Part shown: one piece after another, positions 1-10,518 of the stretch
Layout of the letters: every line of letters starts with the position of its first letter
How positions within the stretch are numbered: position 1 is the stretch's first letter
Source: Candidatus Daviesbacteria bacterium
GTDB lineage: Bacteria > Patescibacteriota > Microgenomatia > Daviesbacterales > UBA10151
NCBI GenBank assembly: GCA_016186955.1
Contig: JACPKP010000004.1
Coordinates: forward strand, 5,942-69,941
DNA length: 64,000 nt
Direction: 5' to 3'
Program-made: the position numbers and the translations under genes
Notes under the pieces: model-generated
Seen by the model: the letters and a program-made list of their open reading frames with translations, nothing else
Database searches by the model: none
What the model was told of the DNA's origin: nothing

Positions 1-336
1 AACTACACCGCTGTTTGCAATTTTTACTTTATCACCCGGAAGTCCAATAATCCGTTTGATAAAATCCTGTGATTTATCCCTTGGATTTTTAAAAACTACA
101 ACATCAAACCTTTTTGGCTGTTGCAATTTGAAACTTAACTTGTCCGTAATAATGTAATCTCCATCATGGAAATTGGGGAACATTGAAGAGCCGGAAACCT
201 TGTGAGGCTGGGCAATTTGCCAGTAAATAAAACTCCCAATTGCCAAAAAAACCACCAGGGTTTGGATAAAATCTACGATATGGGATCCGATAGAAATTTT
301 CTCTTCAGGAGGGCTTTGTAAAAAATCCGATTCCAT
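1..336 (-). CDS. lepB: Signal peptidase I (5' part; runs off window start)
   Basis: Manual translation: TM segment, then HKVSGSSMFPNF (catalytic Ser), DVVVF and FIKRIIGLPGD (catalytic Lys box). Confidence 0.93.
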   Translation of the reverse strand, partial: MESDFLQSPPEEKISIGSHIVDFIQTLVVFLAIGSFIYWQIAQPHKVSGSSMFPNFHDGDYIITDKLSFKLQQPKRFDVVVFKNPRDKSQDFIKRIIGLPGDKVKIANSGVV

Positions 337-430
337 GCTGGTATATTATCGCAGAGAAAAGTTATGAGGGCAAGTTGGAAAAAAGTTGTCATTTGCGTTT
401 TATGGGTGCAAAACGTAAAATTTTAACACT

Positions 431-505
431 GGACTCGTAGCTCAGTTTGGCTAGAGCGTCTCATTCACATTGAGAAGGCCAGAGGTTCAAGTCCTCTCGA
501 GTCCA
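431..505 (+). tRNA. tRNA-Val(CAC)
   Basis: Acceptor GGACTCG/CGAGTCC, anticodon arm TCTCA-TTCACAT-TGAGA, T loop GTTCAAG. Confidence 0.92.
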
Positions 506-567
506 CACCTCACTTCCCATATTTGAGTTGGTAGCTTTGGCCAATCCTTTTCTGCTAAACTGTTTTT

Positions 568-1800
568 ATGTACGGGAAAATTTTAAAAAATACCTCATGG
601 CTGATTATTGCCCAAATTATTACTAAAGCTGTCTCATTTTTTTATGTAATTTTTTTAGCAAGGAATTTAGGGGTGGAAAATTTTGGATTGTATATTGTGG
701 CAATATCCTATTTTTCACTAATTTCTTCTATTGCTGATTTTGGTGTATCGAGGTATGTAGTTAGAGAGGTTGCAAAAGACCATCAAAGCTTGCCGGAAAT
801 TCTATCCAATATTATTTTCCTGCGCGTTACTTTAATGGCTGTGATCTTTGCCTTGTTTGCTCTTTTAATGTATAACATTGATCCGTCCAAAACGAGGGTG
901 GCCTTAAGTTTAGTAGCAGTTTTGGCAGTTTTGCCGCAGGCTGTAGCAATTAGCTTGGATAGCGCTTTTGTTGCCTTACAGAAATTATCTTTTTCAGCTA
1001 TCAGCTTGAGTTTTTATAATATTTTTTCTGCAGCCATTGGGTTTATTTTAGTTAGTCGGGGTTTTGGCGCTTTTGGAGCAGTGGCAGCTGTTATTTTAGG
1101 ACAGATAATTTACGTTTTATGCTTATTCTTTTTCCTTATAAAACAAAGAATACCGCTTTTTTCTAAAATTAAAGAAAATCTGTTCAAAGAGATTATACTT
1201 GGATCGCTGCCTTATGGTTTACTCGGAATTTTAGGACTTTTATATTTTAAAATTGATACACTTTTACTTTCATATCTGAAGGGTTCTTATGACACCGGAA
1301 TTTACGGAGCTGCTTATAAATTTTTAGAGGCTATAATATTTGTTCCGTCAAGTTTATCAATTGCATTATTTCCGGTTCTTGCCAGACTGCATGATGGAAA
1401 AAATACCGGCCTTAAAAATATTTATTTTAAAATTTTAATTTTTATGGGAGGATTGGGTGTAATTGTTCTTATTGGGTATCTGGTGGTTTTGCCCGGGGTT
1501 ATCAAGCTTTTTTTGCCTAAATTTTTGCCTTCGATTGAGGTAGTTAAAATATTATCCTTATCTATACCTTTTATGTTTATACATATACCTTTATCACAAA
1601 TAATCCTATCGACTGACCGTTACCTGCAAGGAGTAGTTAAATTATCTTTAGCATCGCTTTTTTTTAATATTTTGTTAAATTTGATATTTATCCCGAAGTT
1701 TAGTTTTTTAGCTGCAGCTTGGGTGACAGTTGCTTCGGATGTTTTCAGTTTAATTATTATCGCTATATATATTCAAAGGAATGTTCTCCGCGGCAGATAA
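568..1800 (+). CDS. Polysaccharide flippase (Wzx/RfbX, MOP superfamily)
   Basis: Multi-TM; ARNLGVENFGLY, DFGVSRYVVREVA and KIDTLLLS..GIYGAAYKF motifs. Confidence 0.88.
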   Translation: MYGKILKNTSWLIIAQIITKAVSFFYVIFLARNLGVENFGLYIVAISYFSLISSIADFGVSRYVVREVAKDHQSLPEILSNIIFLRVTLMAVIFALFALLMYNIDPSKTRVALSLVAVLAVLPQAVAISLDSAFVALQKLSFSAISLSFYNIFSAAIGFILVSRGFGAFGAVAAVILGQIIYVLCLFFFLIKQRIPLFSKIKENLFKEIILGSLPYGLLGILGLLYFKIDTLLLSYLKGSYDTGIYGAAYKFLEAIIFVPSSLSIALFPVLARLHDGKNTGLKNIYFKILIFMGGLGVIVLIGYLVVLPGVIKLFLPKFLPSIEVVKILSLSIPFMFIHIPLSQIILSTDRYLQGVVKLSLASLFFNILLNLIFIPKFSFLAAAWVTVASDVFSLIIIAIYIQRNVLRGR

Positions 1801-1842
1801 GACAATATTAAAGTTGAGATACAAGGGTTTGAATGGTATTAT

Positions 1843-2610
1843 TTGATGATGGTTTTGTACAAGGATTTATTCTGGCAGCTTACCCTAAGAGAAATAAAAG
1901 CAAGATATAAACAGTCTATTTTAGGTTATGCATGGGCCATTTTGGTTCCTCTTATTAATCTTTTAGTTTTAAGCGTTGTTTTCACTTATATTTTTAGGGT
2001 TCCAACCGGAAGCACCCCATACGCTGTCTTTTTATTTGTGGCTTTGATCCCCTGGATGTTTCTAGTAAGTTCACTAACATCTGCAACAGGTTCTGTTATG
2101 GCCAATAGCGCACTCATAACCAAGGTGAAGATCCCCAGAGAAATCTTGCCTTTATCGGCAATTTCCTCAAAATTGGTGGATCTAATTCTAGCATCGGTTC
2201 TACTTGTTGCTTTTTTATATTTCTACCAAGTTCCATTTCATATAACCACAGTATTTATACCTGTAATCTTTTTGGTGCAATTTTTTCTGATACTGGGAAT
2301 TTGCTTGATACTCTCGGCTACTAATGTTTTTTATCGGGATGTTGAAAATATCTTGGGAGTTTTTTTGACAATCTGGATGTATATGAGTCCGGTACTTTAT
2401 CCGTCTAACCTAATTCCGGAAAACTTTAAACTGTTTTTCTTTTTAAACCCAATGACAGGAATTATTAATGCTTATAGGGACGCGATATTATACGGACGTT
2501 TTACAGATACTTACGGCTTTATATATTCAGCCACATTTTCGTTATTTATACTACTGGTAGGAATAATTTATTTCAAAAACAGGTCCAGGTTCTTTGCAGA
2601 TGTTATGTAA
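1843..2610 (+). CDS. wzm: Polysaccharide ABC transporter permease
   Basis: REIKARYKQSILGYAW, SPVLYP, LNPMTGIINAYR motifs. Confidence 0.92.
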   Translation: MMMVLYKDLFWQLTLREIKARYKQSILGYAWAILVPLINLLVLSVVFTYIFRVPTGSTPYAVFLFVALIPWMFLVSSLTSATGSVMANSALITKVKIPREILPLSAISSKLVDLILASVLLVAFLYFYQVPFHITTVFIPVIFLVQFFLILGICLILSATNVFYRDVENILGVFLTIWMYMSPVLYPSNLIPENFKLFFFLNPMTGIINAYRDAILYGRFTDTYGFIYSATFSLFILLVGIIYFKNRSRFFADVM

Positions 2611-2625
2611 AAAAGGATAAATCAG

Positions 2626-3810
2626 ATGCAGGATACTGTTATATCTTTTAATAATGTAAGTAAAAAATTTAAAAAGGGTCAAAGATATTATTTAAAACAG
2701 GCGCTCTTAGATTTTTTTAGGCCTGGAGTAAATGATGATTTCTGGGCGCTAAGAAATGTAAGTTTCAAAGTCCAAAAAGGAGAAGCTATCGGGATAATCG
2801 GTGCCAACGGTTCCGGTAAAAGCACAATTTTAAAACTTATTGCCGGTGTTTTAACCCCAACGAAAGGAAACGTAGTAGTAAACGGAAGGATTGGTCCTTT
2901 GATTGAACTTGGTGCAGGGTTTCACCCGGAGCTTTCAGGCAGGGATAATATATATTTAAATGGAACAATACTAGGGCTTCCCAAAAAAGAGCTCGAAAGA
3001 AAATTTGAAGATATTGTTGACTTTGCCGAGCTTTCCGATTTTATAGATACACCTGTTAAACACTATTCTTCCGGAATGCAGGTAAGATTAGGATTTTCCA
3101 TTGCCACTCAAATTAATCCAGAAATTTTAATTATAGATGAAGTTTTATCAGTAGGAGATGCAAGTTTCCAAAATAAATGCCTATCCTTATTTGGGGAGTT
3201 TAAAAAAAGAGGTATAACTATAATAATCGTTAGTCACCAAATAAATTTGATTGAACAATTTTGTCAAAGGTTAATTTTAGTAGAAAAAGGTAAAATTGAA
3301 GCTATGGGAAATCCAAGAGATGTTATTCCGGTTTATTTCAGCAGTGTATCTCAAGGGCAAGTTAAGGATTTAATAAACAAAAAGGGGAATGTAAAAAGAT
3401 TTGGGTCAGGAGAAGTTAGAATTGAAAAAGTTGAAATATTAGATGATTCGAATAAAGTGGTAACTACATTTGAAACGGGTAAAAATTATAAAATAAGATT
3501 TAGATTTAAGAAAAATAAGGATATTGATATTCTAAACATAGGTATTGGTGTTTATAAAACTACCGGAGAATATTGTTTTGGGCTTAACACACAATATGAT
3601 CATTTCAAAGTTACATCTAAAAATAGTTTTGAGCTCTTACTTAAAAATATTCCTCTTAACGCAGGAGAATATTATTATAATGTAGTTTGCTTTGGTCAAT
3701 TAGAAACTAAGCCTTATGATTGGGTCGGACCTAGTGGAAGGTTTGTAGTAAGTAGTCAATTTTTACAAAGAGGATTAACAGTTGTTAACCATTCCTGGGT
3801 TAATAATTAA
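2626..3810 (+). CDS. wzt: Polysaccharide ABC transporter ATPase with C-terminal Wzt_C-like domain
   Basis: Walker A GANGSGKST, YSSGMQVRLGF, IIDEVLSVGD; ~140-aa beta-rich C-terminal extension. Confidence 0.92.
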   Translation: MQDTVISFNNVSKKFKKGQRYYLKQALLDFFRPGVNDDFWALRNVSFKVQKGEAIGIIGANGSGKSTILKLIAGVLTPTKGNVVVNGRIGPLIELGAGFHPELSGRDNIYLNGTILGLPKKELERKFEDIVDFAELSDFIDTPVKHYSSGMQVRLGFSIATQINPEILIIDEVLSVGDASFQNKCLSLFGEFKKRGITIIIVSHQINLIEQFCQRLILVEKGKIEAMGNPRDVIPVYFSSVSQGQVKDLINKKGNVKRFGSGEVRIEKVEILDDSNKVVTTFETGKNYKIRFRFKKNKDIDILNIGIGVYKTTGEYCFGLNTQYDHFKVTSKNSFELLLKNIPLNAGEYYYNVVCFGQLETKPYDWVGPSGRFVVSSQFLQRGLTVVNHSWVNN

Positions 3811-3811
3811 G

Positions 3812-4732
3812 ATGCAAAAAAATAACAACAACAAAAATAAACAATATTTAGATAGTTCTGAGGATTTTTTATTGAATTTTTTTAATAAGCCTCAATCTCA
3901 AAAAGAGGAGGAGATTTTAGAACTTCTTAATAATAACCCATCATGGCCAATTCTATACCACCTATCCCCTCAAAGACAACATTTATTAGGTTGGTATCCA
4001 TTTAAAAGTAACGCAACTTTATTGGAAGTAGGCGCAGGATGCGGAGCTTTAACAGGATTATTTTGTAAAAAAGTCAAAATGGTTTATGCTAATGAGTTAG
4101 TAGAAAAGCGGTCAAAAGTAATAAAAAAAAGATACTCAGATATAAAAAATCTTTCTGTTATTAATGGAAGCATGTATAAATTAATCCTACCCAAGAAAGT
4201 AGATTATATAGTAGCTGTAGGAATATTAGAATATGCAGGAAGATATTTTGAAAATGTAGGAGAAAATACATTTTATGATTCTTACTTAAATTTTTTGAAA
4301 TCACTAAAACAATTTCTTAACAAAGATGGGAAGCTACTTTTAGCAATTGAAAATAAACTGGGTCTTAAATATATTGCCGGAGGAAAGGAAGATCATTATG
4401 CTAGAGTTTTTGAAGGCATTGAAAACTACCCTAATTTTAACGGAGTTAGAACTTTTACAAAAAACGAGCTAATTTATTTATTAAATGGGGCAGATTTTTC
4501 CAAATGGACCTTTTATTACCCTTTCCCAGACTATAAATTACCGTACTCAATTTTTTCTGAAGAAGGTTTAAAAGGAAATCTAAATTTATCTACCTCTTCA
4601 TATGGTCAAATCATAGATTTATCTAATGAAAGAATACCCTTATTTAATGAAATAATACTGGCAAATAGTTTATATGAAGAAAATATATTAGAATATTTTG
4701 CTAATTCATTTTTAGTTGAGGTATCTATATGA
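3812..4732 (+). CDS. Class I SAM-dependent methyltransferase (glycan-associated)
   Basis: LLEVGAGCGALT motif I, AIENKLGLKY, YYPFPDYKLP; ATG 3812 taken as start. Confidence 0.85.
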   Translation: MQKNNNNKNKQYLDSSEDFLLNFFNKPQSQKEEEILELLNNNPSWPILYHLSPQRQHLLGWYPFKSNATLLEVGAGCGALTGLFCKKVKMVYANELVEKRSKVIKKRYSDIKNLSVINGSMYKLILPKKVDYIVAVGILEYAGRYFENVGENTFYDSYLNFLKSLKQFLNKDGKLLLAIENKLGLKYIAGGKEDHYARVFEGIENYPNFNGVRTFTKNELIYLLNGADFSKWTFYYPFPDYKLPYSIFSEEGLKGNLNLSTSSYGQIIDLSNERIPLFNEIILANSLYEENILEYFANSFLVEVSI

Positions 4733-5703
4733 AGATATTATATTGTCGGGGAAATTACACTAGAAAATTACAGCACCGGATAGGCACTATGATTTACCAA
4801 GAAAATGATAGTTTATATGTTAGAAAATACATCCTTGATGAACAAGCAAAAAATCATTTGCTTAGTATTTTACCAAAGGAACAATTGATTGCTAAAAACT
4901 TTCCAAAAATTCTTCTTAATAAGATGGTAAAAAAAGATAATATTTTCATTGATTTTGAGTATTTAAATTTTCCCTCGCTAGAATTATTAATAGAAAAAGC
5001 TTTAATTAAAAAAGAATTTGAAAAAACTAAGGATTATATTATTATCCTTAAAAAATTAATAACAAATTTAAAAACTATAAATGAAAATCCTTATAAAAAT
5101 AAAGAATTCATTAAAATATTCGACTCAAATAATAAATATCAATCTACTAGAAAAATTGAATGTAGTGTTATAACAATTTTGGATCTTAACTTTGATAATT
5201 TGTTGTTAGACGAAAAAGAAAATAAGATTTATTTAATAGATTACGAATGGGTTTATAATTTCCCAATCCCCAAAGATTTTCTATTCTTTAGATCGGTTCT
5301 TTATTTATGTCAAAAATTACAACCTATTATTCAAACTGTCTGTTCTTCTCAATTTCCCGGCATTGAGGTTCTACCAAACTTTTTAATTCCAAAAGCCTGG
5401 TTTGGAATAGTTTCATTGAATAGAACCAGGCTTAGTAAATATAGGCAATATGAATTAAACTTTCAAAAAACAGTAAACCTTGTGCCAGAAAAGGTAAAAA
5501 AAGACATAAACGTAGAAAAAAGCAAGGTTGTAAAACAAAGATACTCTCAAAATCTTGAAAGTTATATATCTTTTCAAGTTCAGCAACAAGTTCAGCAACA
5601 AGTTCAGCAATATATTAATCCTTTACAAAAAGAACTGGACGAACTTAAATCTAGTAGGCTTTTTAAAGTAAGAAATCTTTACCACTCTTTCAAAATAAAG
5701 TAG
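4729..5703 (+). CDS. Kinase-like protein with C-terminal coiled coil
   Basis: LDLNFDNLLL and YLIDYEW resemble catalytic-loop and Mg-binding motifs; Q/E/K-rich tail. Confidence 0.55.
   Translation: MKILYCRGNYTRKLQHRIGTMIYQENDSLYVRKYILDEQAKNHLLSILPKEQLIAKNFPKILLNKMVKKDNIFIDFEYLNFPSLELLIEKALIKKEFEKTKDYIIILKKLITNLKTINENPYKNKEFIKIFDSNNKYQSTRKIECSVITILDLNFDNLLLDEKENKIYLIDYEWVYNFPIPKDFLFFRSVLYLCQKLQPIIQTVCSSQFPGIEVLPNFLIPKAWFGIVSLNRTRLSKYRQYELNFQKTVNLVPEKVKKDINVEKSKVVKQRYSQNLESYISFQVQQQVQQQVQQYINPLQKELDELKSSRLFKVRNLYHSFKIK
5575..5610 (+). repeat. 12-bp tandem repeat x3 (CAAGTTCAGCAA) encoding QVQQ
   Basis: Three perfect in-frame copies. Confidence 0.95.
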
Positions 5704-5790
5704 TTTAATGATAGTAATTTTAATAAAAGCAGCAATTTTAAATACCAAGAGAATACTAAAAGGATAAAAAAGGTTAAAAACTTAGGGATT

Positions 5791-6615
5791 ATGACTAATA
5801 GCGCCAGAAAGTTTTTGAAGTATCCACTTTATCCGCCACCTCAGCCACTTCTTGAAAAACTAATGATTAAATTGCATTTTGGTGGAATTATCAAATGCTA
5901 TATCTGTGGCAAGATTGCCAAAGCATATATTAAGGATTGGAATTTGAGAGAAACCTGTATTTGCAGTAATTGTAAATCAACCAACAGACAAAGACAAGTT
6001 GCCTATGTTCTTTGCAAAGTTTTGGAGGAAGAAAAAAAAGTTTCATTTAAAAGCCTGGAAGATATTATTACAATCAATAATTTTGCTATTTATAATACTG
6101 AAGCTGGGGGACCGCTTCATAATACTCTGGTTAAATCTAGAAAGTATACTTTTAGTGAATTTTTTAATCACAATTATAGTAGTGGAACTAAAGTAAAAGG
6201 TGTTCTTCATCAGGATTTAACGAAGCTGTCTTTTAAAGAGCAATCGTTTGACCTTGTTATTTCTGGAGATGTATTTGAACATATTCCTGATCCATACAAG
6301 GCACACAAGGAGGTATATAGGGTGCTAAAAAGCGGAGGCAGACATATTTTTACTGTCCCGTTTTACCAAACGGAATATTTCGACGAAGTTAGAGCACAGA
6401 TGAGCAAAAGATGGAAAAATATTCTCATTAAGCCTCCTTTATTTCATCAGGATCCCATCAGGGAGGAAGGAGTCTTGGTTTATACAATCTTTGGATTGGA
6501 GATGTTAATAAAACTAGCGCAAATAGGTTTCAAGACGCACTTTTATAAGTTATATCTCCCATTGCATGGCATAATTGGACCTAATGCCATAGTTTTTGAA
6601 GCAATCAAAAGTTAA
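5791..6615 (+). CDS. SAM-dependent methyltransferase (Methyltransf_11-like) with N-terminal CxxC..CxxC
   Basis: QDLTKLSFKEQSFDLVISGDVFEHI, RVLKSGG. Confidence 0.82.
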   Translation: MTNSARKFLKYPLYPPPQPLLEKLMIKLHFGGIIKCYICGKIAKAYIKDWNLRETCICSNCKSTNRQRQVAYVLCKVLEEEKKVSFKSLEDIITINNFAIYNTEAGGPLHNTLVKSRKYTFSEFFNHNYSSGTKVKGVLHQDLTKLSFKEQSFDLVISGDVFEHIPDPYKAHKEVYRVLKSGGRHIFTVPFYQTEYFDEVRAQMSKRWKNILIKPPLFHQDPIREEGVLVYTIFGLEMLIKLAQIGFKTHFYKLYLPLHGIIGPNAIVFEAIKS

Positions 6616-6676
6616 GATTTAAGTTCTTAACTATTCTTATATGACCCTTGGTAATATATAATACCACCAATCAAAT

Positions 6677-8011
6677 ATGAATAATACACCCCCTTTTTGT
6701 TCAATTGTTATCCTAAATTACCTTGGTGAAAAGGTAATTGCAAAAACAGTAAACGCAGTACTTCATTTAGATTACCCAAAAGATAAATATGAAATAATTA
6801 TTGTAGATAATGGTTCGAGAGACGGTAGCCGGAAGATACTTAAAAAAATTCAGGAAAAATACACAAATGTCCAATTAATTAATTTAACAAAAAATTATGG
6901 CTTTGCAGCAGGCAACAACTATGGCATAAGAAAGGCTCAGGGAAAATATATAGCTTTGCTAAACAATGATTGTTTTGTAGATAGGAATTGGTTAAAAGAA
7001 TTAGTTAAGGTAGCCGAGAAAAAAAATAATTTGTTTGCCATTAGCTCTAGAATACTACTCTACCCAAATTTTTTTTATGTTAATTTTAAAAACAGCATCA
7101 AATTTCAGGAAAACAGTTTTTATCTGGTTAAATCAAATCTATTGAGATTTAGCAGTAAGATCAAACTTGCAGAAAAGAAAAACAAAACTTATTACGAAGT
7201 GGAAATACCATATGATTTAAACGATTTTGCGGTTGAAATAAGTTTTCAGCTTCAAGAAATTAAACCGGGGGTAGGTCTAAAGATCCTAAAACTGAGAAAA
7301 AATGATTATATACTGTCTTCAAATAATAACCTTACCAAGATAAAGCTTAATGTAAAAAGCCAGAACATTATTAAGAATTCATTCGACAAAATTCAGAATG
7401 CCGGGACAATTGTTTTTCAGGATGGAACTGGTAGAGATATAGGAGCAATAGTTAGAAACCAAAGCATTGATTATGAAAAGGATTATGGTCAGTATAATTT
7501 GCTTAAGGAGAATTATGCAGCTTGTGGCGCCGCAGTTTTAATTAATAGAAAGATTCTAGAAGAAGTAGGATACTTAGATGAATCTTTTTTTATGTATTAT
7601 GAGGATGTTGAGATATCAGAGCGTGCCCGGTTTATGGGTTATAAAATTTTTTATTGTCCGAGAGCTGTTGTAAGACATTTACATGCATTCTCAAGCAAAG
7701 AAGGGTCAAAATTTTTCCAATATCACGCTAATTTGGGTAGATTACTCCACTTATTTTTTCACTATCCAAAAAGAGTTTTTGTAAGGGAATATATAAAATA
7801 TAGTATTTGGTCCTCCAGAAGGTTGATCAAAAACTTTTTTGACAGAGAAAGTTTAAAGATAAACACCCTTTTGTTTAATGTGACTATTTATTTTTTGAAA
7901 AATCTACCCTTCTTATTTATAAAAAGGGCGCTTAAATTAAAAAAGTATAAGAAAGATGCAGTCTCATTGAATTTCAAAGAGATTATAGGAGGAAACTGGT
8001 ATTTTAAATAG
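6677..8011 (+). CDS. Glycosyltransferase family 2 with internal insertion
   Basis: IIVDNGSRDGS, NYGFAAGNN, LLNND, FFMYYEDVE. Confidence 0.9.
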   Translation: MNNTPPFCSIVILNYLGEKVIAKTVNAVLHLDYPKDKYEIIIVDNGSRDGSRKILKKIQEKYTNVQLINLTKNYGFAAGNNYGIRKAQGKYIALLNNDCFVDRNWLKELVKVAEKKNNLFAISSRILLYPNFFYVNFKNSIKFQENSFYLVKSNLLRFSSKIKLAEKKNKTYYEVEIPYDLNDFAVEISFQLQEIKPGVGLKILKLRKNDYILSSNNNLTKIKLNVKSQNIIKNSFDKIQNAGTIVFQDGTGRDIGAIVRNQSIDYEKDYGQYNLLKENYAACGAAVLINRKILEEVGYLDESFFMYYEDVEISERARFMGYKIFYCPRAVVRHLHAFSSKEGSKFFQYHANLGRLLHLFFHYPKRVFVREYIKYSIWSSRRLIKNFFDRESLKINTLLFNVTIYFLKNLPFLFIKRALKLKKYKKDAVSLNFKEIIGGNWYFK

Positions 8012-8013
8012 CT

Positions 8014-9564
8014 ATGAAAAAGAGAGCTGTAATATATAACAAATGGTTACATACTTTAGGGGGAGGAGAGGTGGTAGCTTGTAATTTGGCTAATGTGCTA
8101 AAAGAACTTGGCTATGATGTGACTATTTTATGTAAAAATAGAACCCGGTTAAAAGATATAAAGCAGATATTAAATATCGAGCTAAGGGAAGTCAGCATTT
8201 TAGCTATTGGAGAAAGTGAATCAGAAATCAAACAAAAAGTTTGGGGCGCAGAGTTATTTTTTAACCTAACCTTTATAGATTACAGTAGTGGTTATGCTAA
8301 AAAAAACATATATTATTTTCACTTTCCACAAAAACCATGGGAAACCTTTAAAAGAAGGATTTATAATAAATATATTACTCCCGTTTTCCTACGTGTAGTC
8401 AATCCCCATGTAATACATTTTTATCCAAAAGCTATAGGACTGATTCATGGAAAACCGGCTTATGATTTTAAAAGTGAGTTAATAATTAAATCCTCAAATA
8501 TAGATATAAATTCTATGTATGACTTAGAATTCAGTCTGCACTTAGATTACTTTTATAAAGTTTTGTTAGAAAAATTTAATTATAAAATCAATAATTGTGA
8601 AATAGTATATCGAGAAGTCAAAGTAGATTACCAAAGGAATCTAATAAATTTTAAGCTAACAATAAAAGCTGATAAAAAAAACTTAGATCTGTTTTTCAAC
8701 CTAAACAACTTAAGGCAACAAGAAGAAATTAAGCATCTATTAGGTATTAGATTAGTACCCCATTCCTTAAAGGGGAAAATATTACAGTTTTTGTATGATG
8801 TTATTTATAGCAATCAAAATACCATGATATATCTCAATTTAGCTGATAGGGTTCATTCCTACCAGAAATTTATAACTCACTCCGATTATGTAAACAAATG
8901 GGTTAAAGCCTATTGGGGCAAAAAGGCGATAACAATATACCCGCCAGTAGAACTTTTGTTTAAAAAATATAATATAGATAAAACCAGAAAGGTAAATAAA
9001 ATTATTTCTGTCGGTAGATTTTTTACTTTAGGTCACGGTAAAAAACAAGAAGCTTTAATAAAGGCGTTTAAGAAGATATACGCTAGGGGATTTAAAAATT
9101 GGCAGTTGCATTTAGTAGGTAGATTGGGTAATGAGAGATCTAGCTTAGTATTTCTTGAGCAATTAAAAAAAATTTCAAAAGGGTATCCAATTTTTTTTCA
9201 TATTAATGTGAGTAGGAAAAAAGTTGAAAAACTTCTTTTAGAATCAAGGATATATTGGCATGCTACTGGTTTTGGAGAAAATCCCGATAAAGATCCTGTC
9301 AAGCTAGAGCATTTTGGTATATCAGTTGTAGAGGCTATAAGCGCTGGTTGTTTCCCTATTGTATTTAAAGGTGGTGGTTTGGTAGAAATAATTAATTTAG
9401 CCGGATTTGATAATGACTCCTTTTTTACAAGCATCAAGGATTTGGTGAACAAAACTATTAAAGCGTTTAAGTATAATCACAAACTAAAAAAAGAGATTGA
9501 AGATAATTTGTATAAGAATTTTTCATCCGATGTGTTTAAGTCAAAAATTCAAAGTATTTTATGA
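8014..9564 (+). CDS. Glycosyltransferase family 4 with internal insertion
   Basis: GGGE N-terminus, SVGRF, EHFGISVVEA. Confidence 0.9.
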   Translation: MKKRAVIYNKWLHTLGGGEVVACNLANVLKELGYDVTILCKNRTRLKDIKQILNIELREVSILAIGESESEIKQKVWGAELFFNLTFIDYSSGYAKKNIYYFHFPQKPWETFKRRIYNKYITPVFLRVVNPHVIHFYPKAIGLIHGKPAYDFKSELIIKSSNIDINSMYDLEFSLHLDYFYKVLLEKFNYKINNCEIVYREVKVDYQRNLINFKLTIKADKKNLDLFFNLNNLRQQEEIKHLLGIRLVPHSLKGKILQFLYDVIYSNQNTMIYLNLADRVHSYQKFITHSDYVNKWVKAYWGKKAITIYPPVELLFKKYNIDKTRKVNKIISVGRFFTLGHGKKQEALIKAFKKIYARGFKNWQLHLVGRLGNERSSLVFLEQLKKISKGYPIFFHINVSRKKVEKLLLESRIYWHATGFGENPDKDPVKLEHFGISVVEAISAGCFPIVFKGGGLVEIINLAGFDNDSFFTSIKDLVNKTIKAFKYNHKLKKEIEDNLYKNFSSDVFKSKIQSIL

Positions 9565-10514
9565 AGTTAGTTATATCTATAATTATCCCAAATTTTAATG
9601 GTCTAAAACTATTAAAAATTTGTCTACAATCACTTAAGAAACAAACCTTTAAAAATTCCGAAATTATTATTGTTGATAACGGTTCTACCGACTCCTCGGT
9701 TGCATTTATAAAAGAAAATTATTCTAGTTGTCAGATTATTCAACTTGACAAAAATTATGGTTTTGCAAAAGCTGTAAATGAAGGCATTAAAAAATCTAAA
9801 GGAAAATATGTAGTACTTTTAAATAATGATACCGAAGTAGATAAAAATTTTTTAAAACACCTGGTGGAAACTGCTGATCAACAAGACGTTGGTTTTTTAA
9901 CGGCTAAAAGATTTAATTATTATAAAAGAAATTTAATCGATAGTGCGGGTGATGACATGGATTCTGCCGGGCACCTGATTCTTCGTGGATTTGGTCAAAA
10001 AAACTCTGCAGAATTTGATAAATCAGGCTATATATTTTTAGCTAGCGGGGGAAGCTGTTTAATTAAAAAAGAAGTCTTTGAAAAGATTGGCTATTTTGAT
10101 GAGGATTATTTTATGTACATGGAAGATGCAGATTTTTTCTTCAGGGCTCAACTGGCCGGGTTTAAGGGTTGGTACCAACCAAAGGCTTTGGTCTATCACA
10201 TGAGGATGGCGTCTTCAAAAAATCTTGATTTTGTTGAATATTTAAATTTTAGGAATATGATGGCAAATATTATTAAAAACTTTCCATGGTCTTTACTTAT
10301 ACATAATTTTAACTGGCTAAAAATTATTTTAGTAAATATTAATACAATAAGATACCTAAGCTGCAAAGGATTGTTATGGCAGGGCATTAAAGCTGAAGCA
10401 TATATTTTATATAATCTTCCTAAACTACTTAAAAAAAGAAAAAATATTCAGCAGAATAAAAAAGTCTCTGATGAATATATTATAAATAAAATTTTGAATA
10501 AAAAATTCATCTAA
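9561..10514 (+). CDS. Glycosyltransferase family 2
   Basis: IIVDNGSTD, NYGFAKAVN, LLNND, YFMYMEDAD. Confidence 0.9.
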   Translation: MKLVISIIIPNFNGLKLLKICLQSLKKQTFKNSEIIIVDNGSTDSSVAFIKENYSSCQIIQLDKNYGFAKAVNEGIKKSKGKYVVLLNNDTEVDKNFLKHLVETADQQDVGFLTAKRFNYYKRNLIDSAGDDMDSAGHLILRGFGQKNSAEFDKSGYIFLASGGSCLIKKEVFEKIGYFDEDYFMYMEDADFFFRAQLAGFKGWYQPKALVYHMRMASSKNLDFVEYLNFRNMMANIIKNFPWSLLIHNFNWLKIILVNINTIRYLSCKGLLWQGIKAEAYILYNLPKLLKKRKNIQQNKKVSDEYIINKILNKKFI

Positions 10515-10518
10515 AGTT

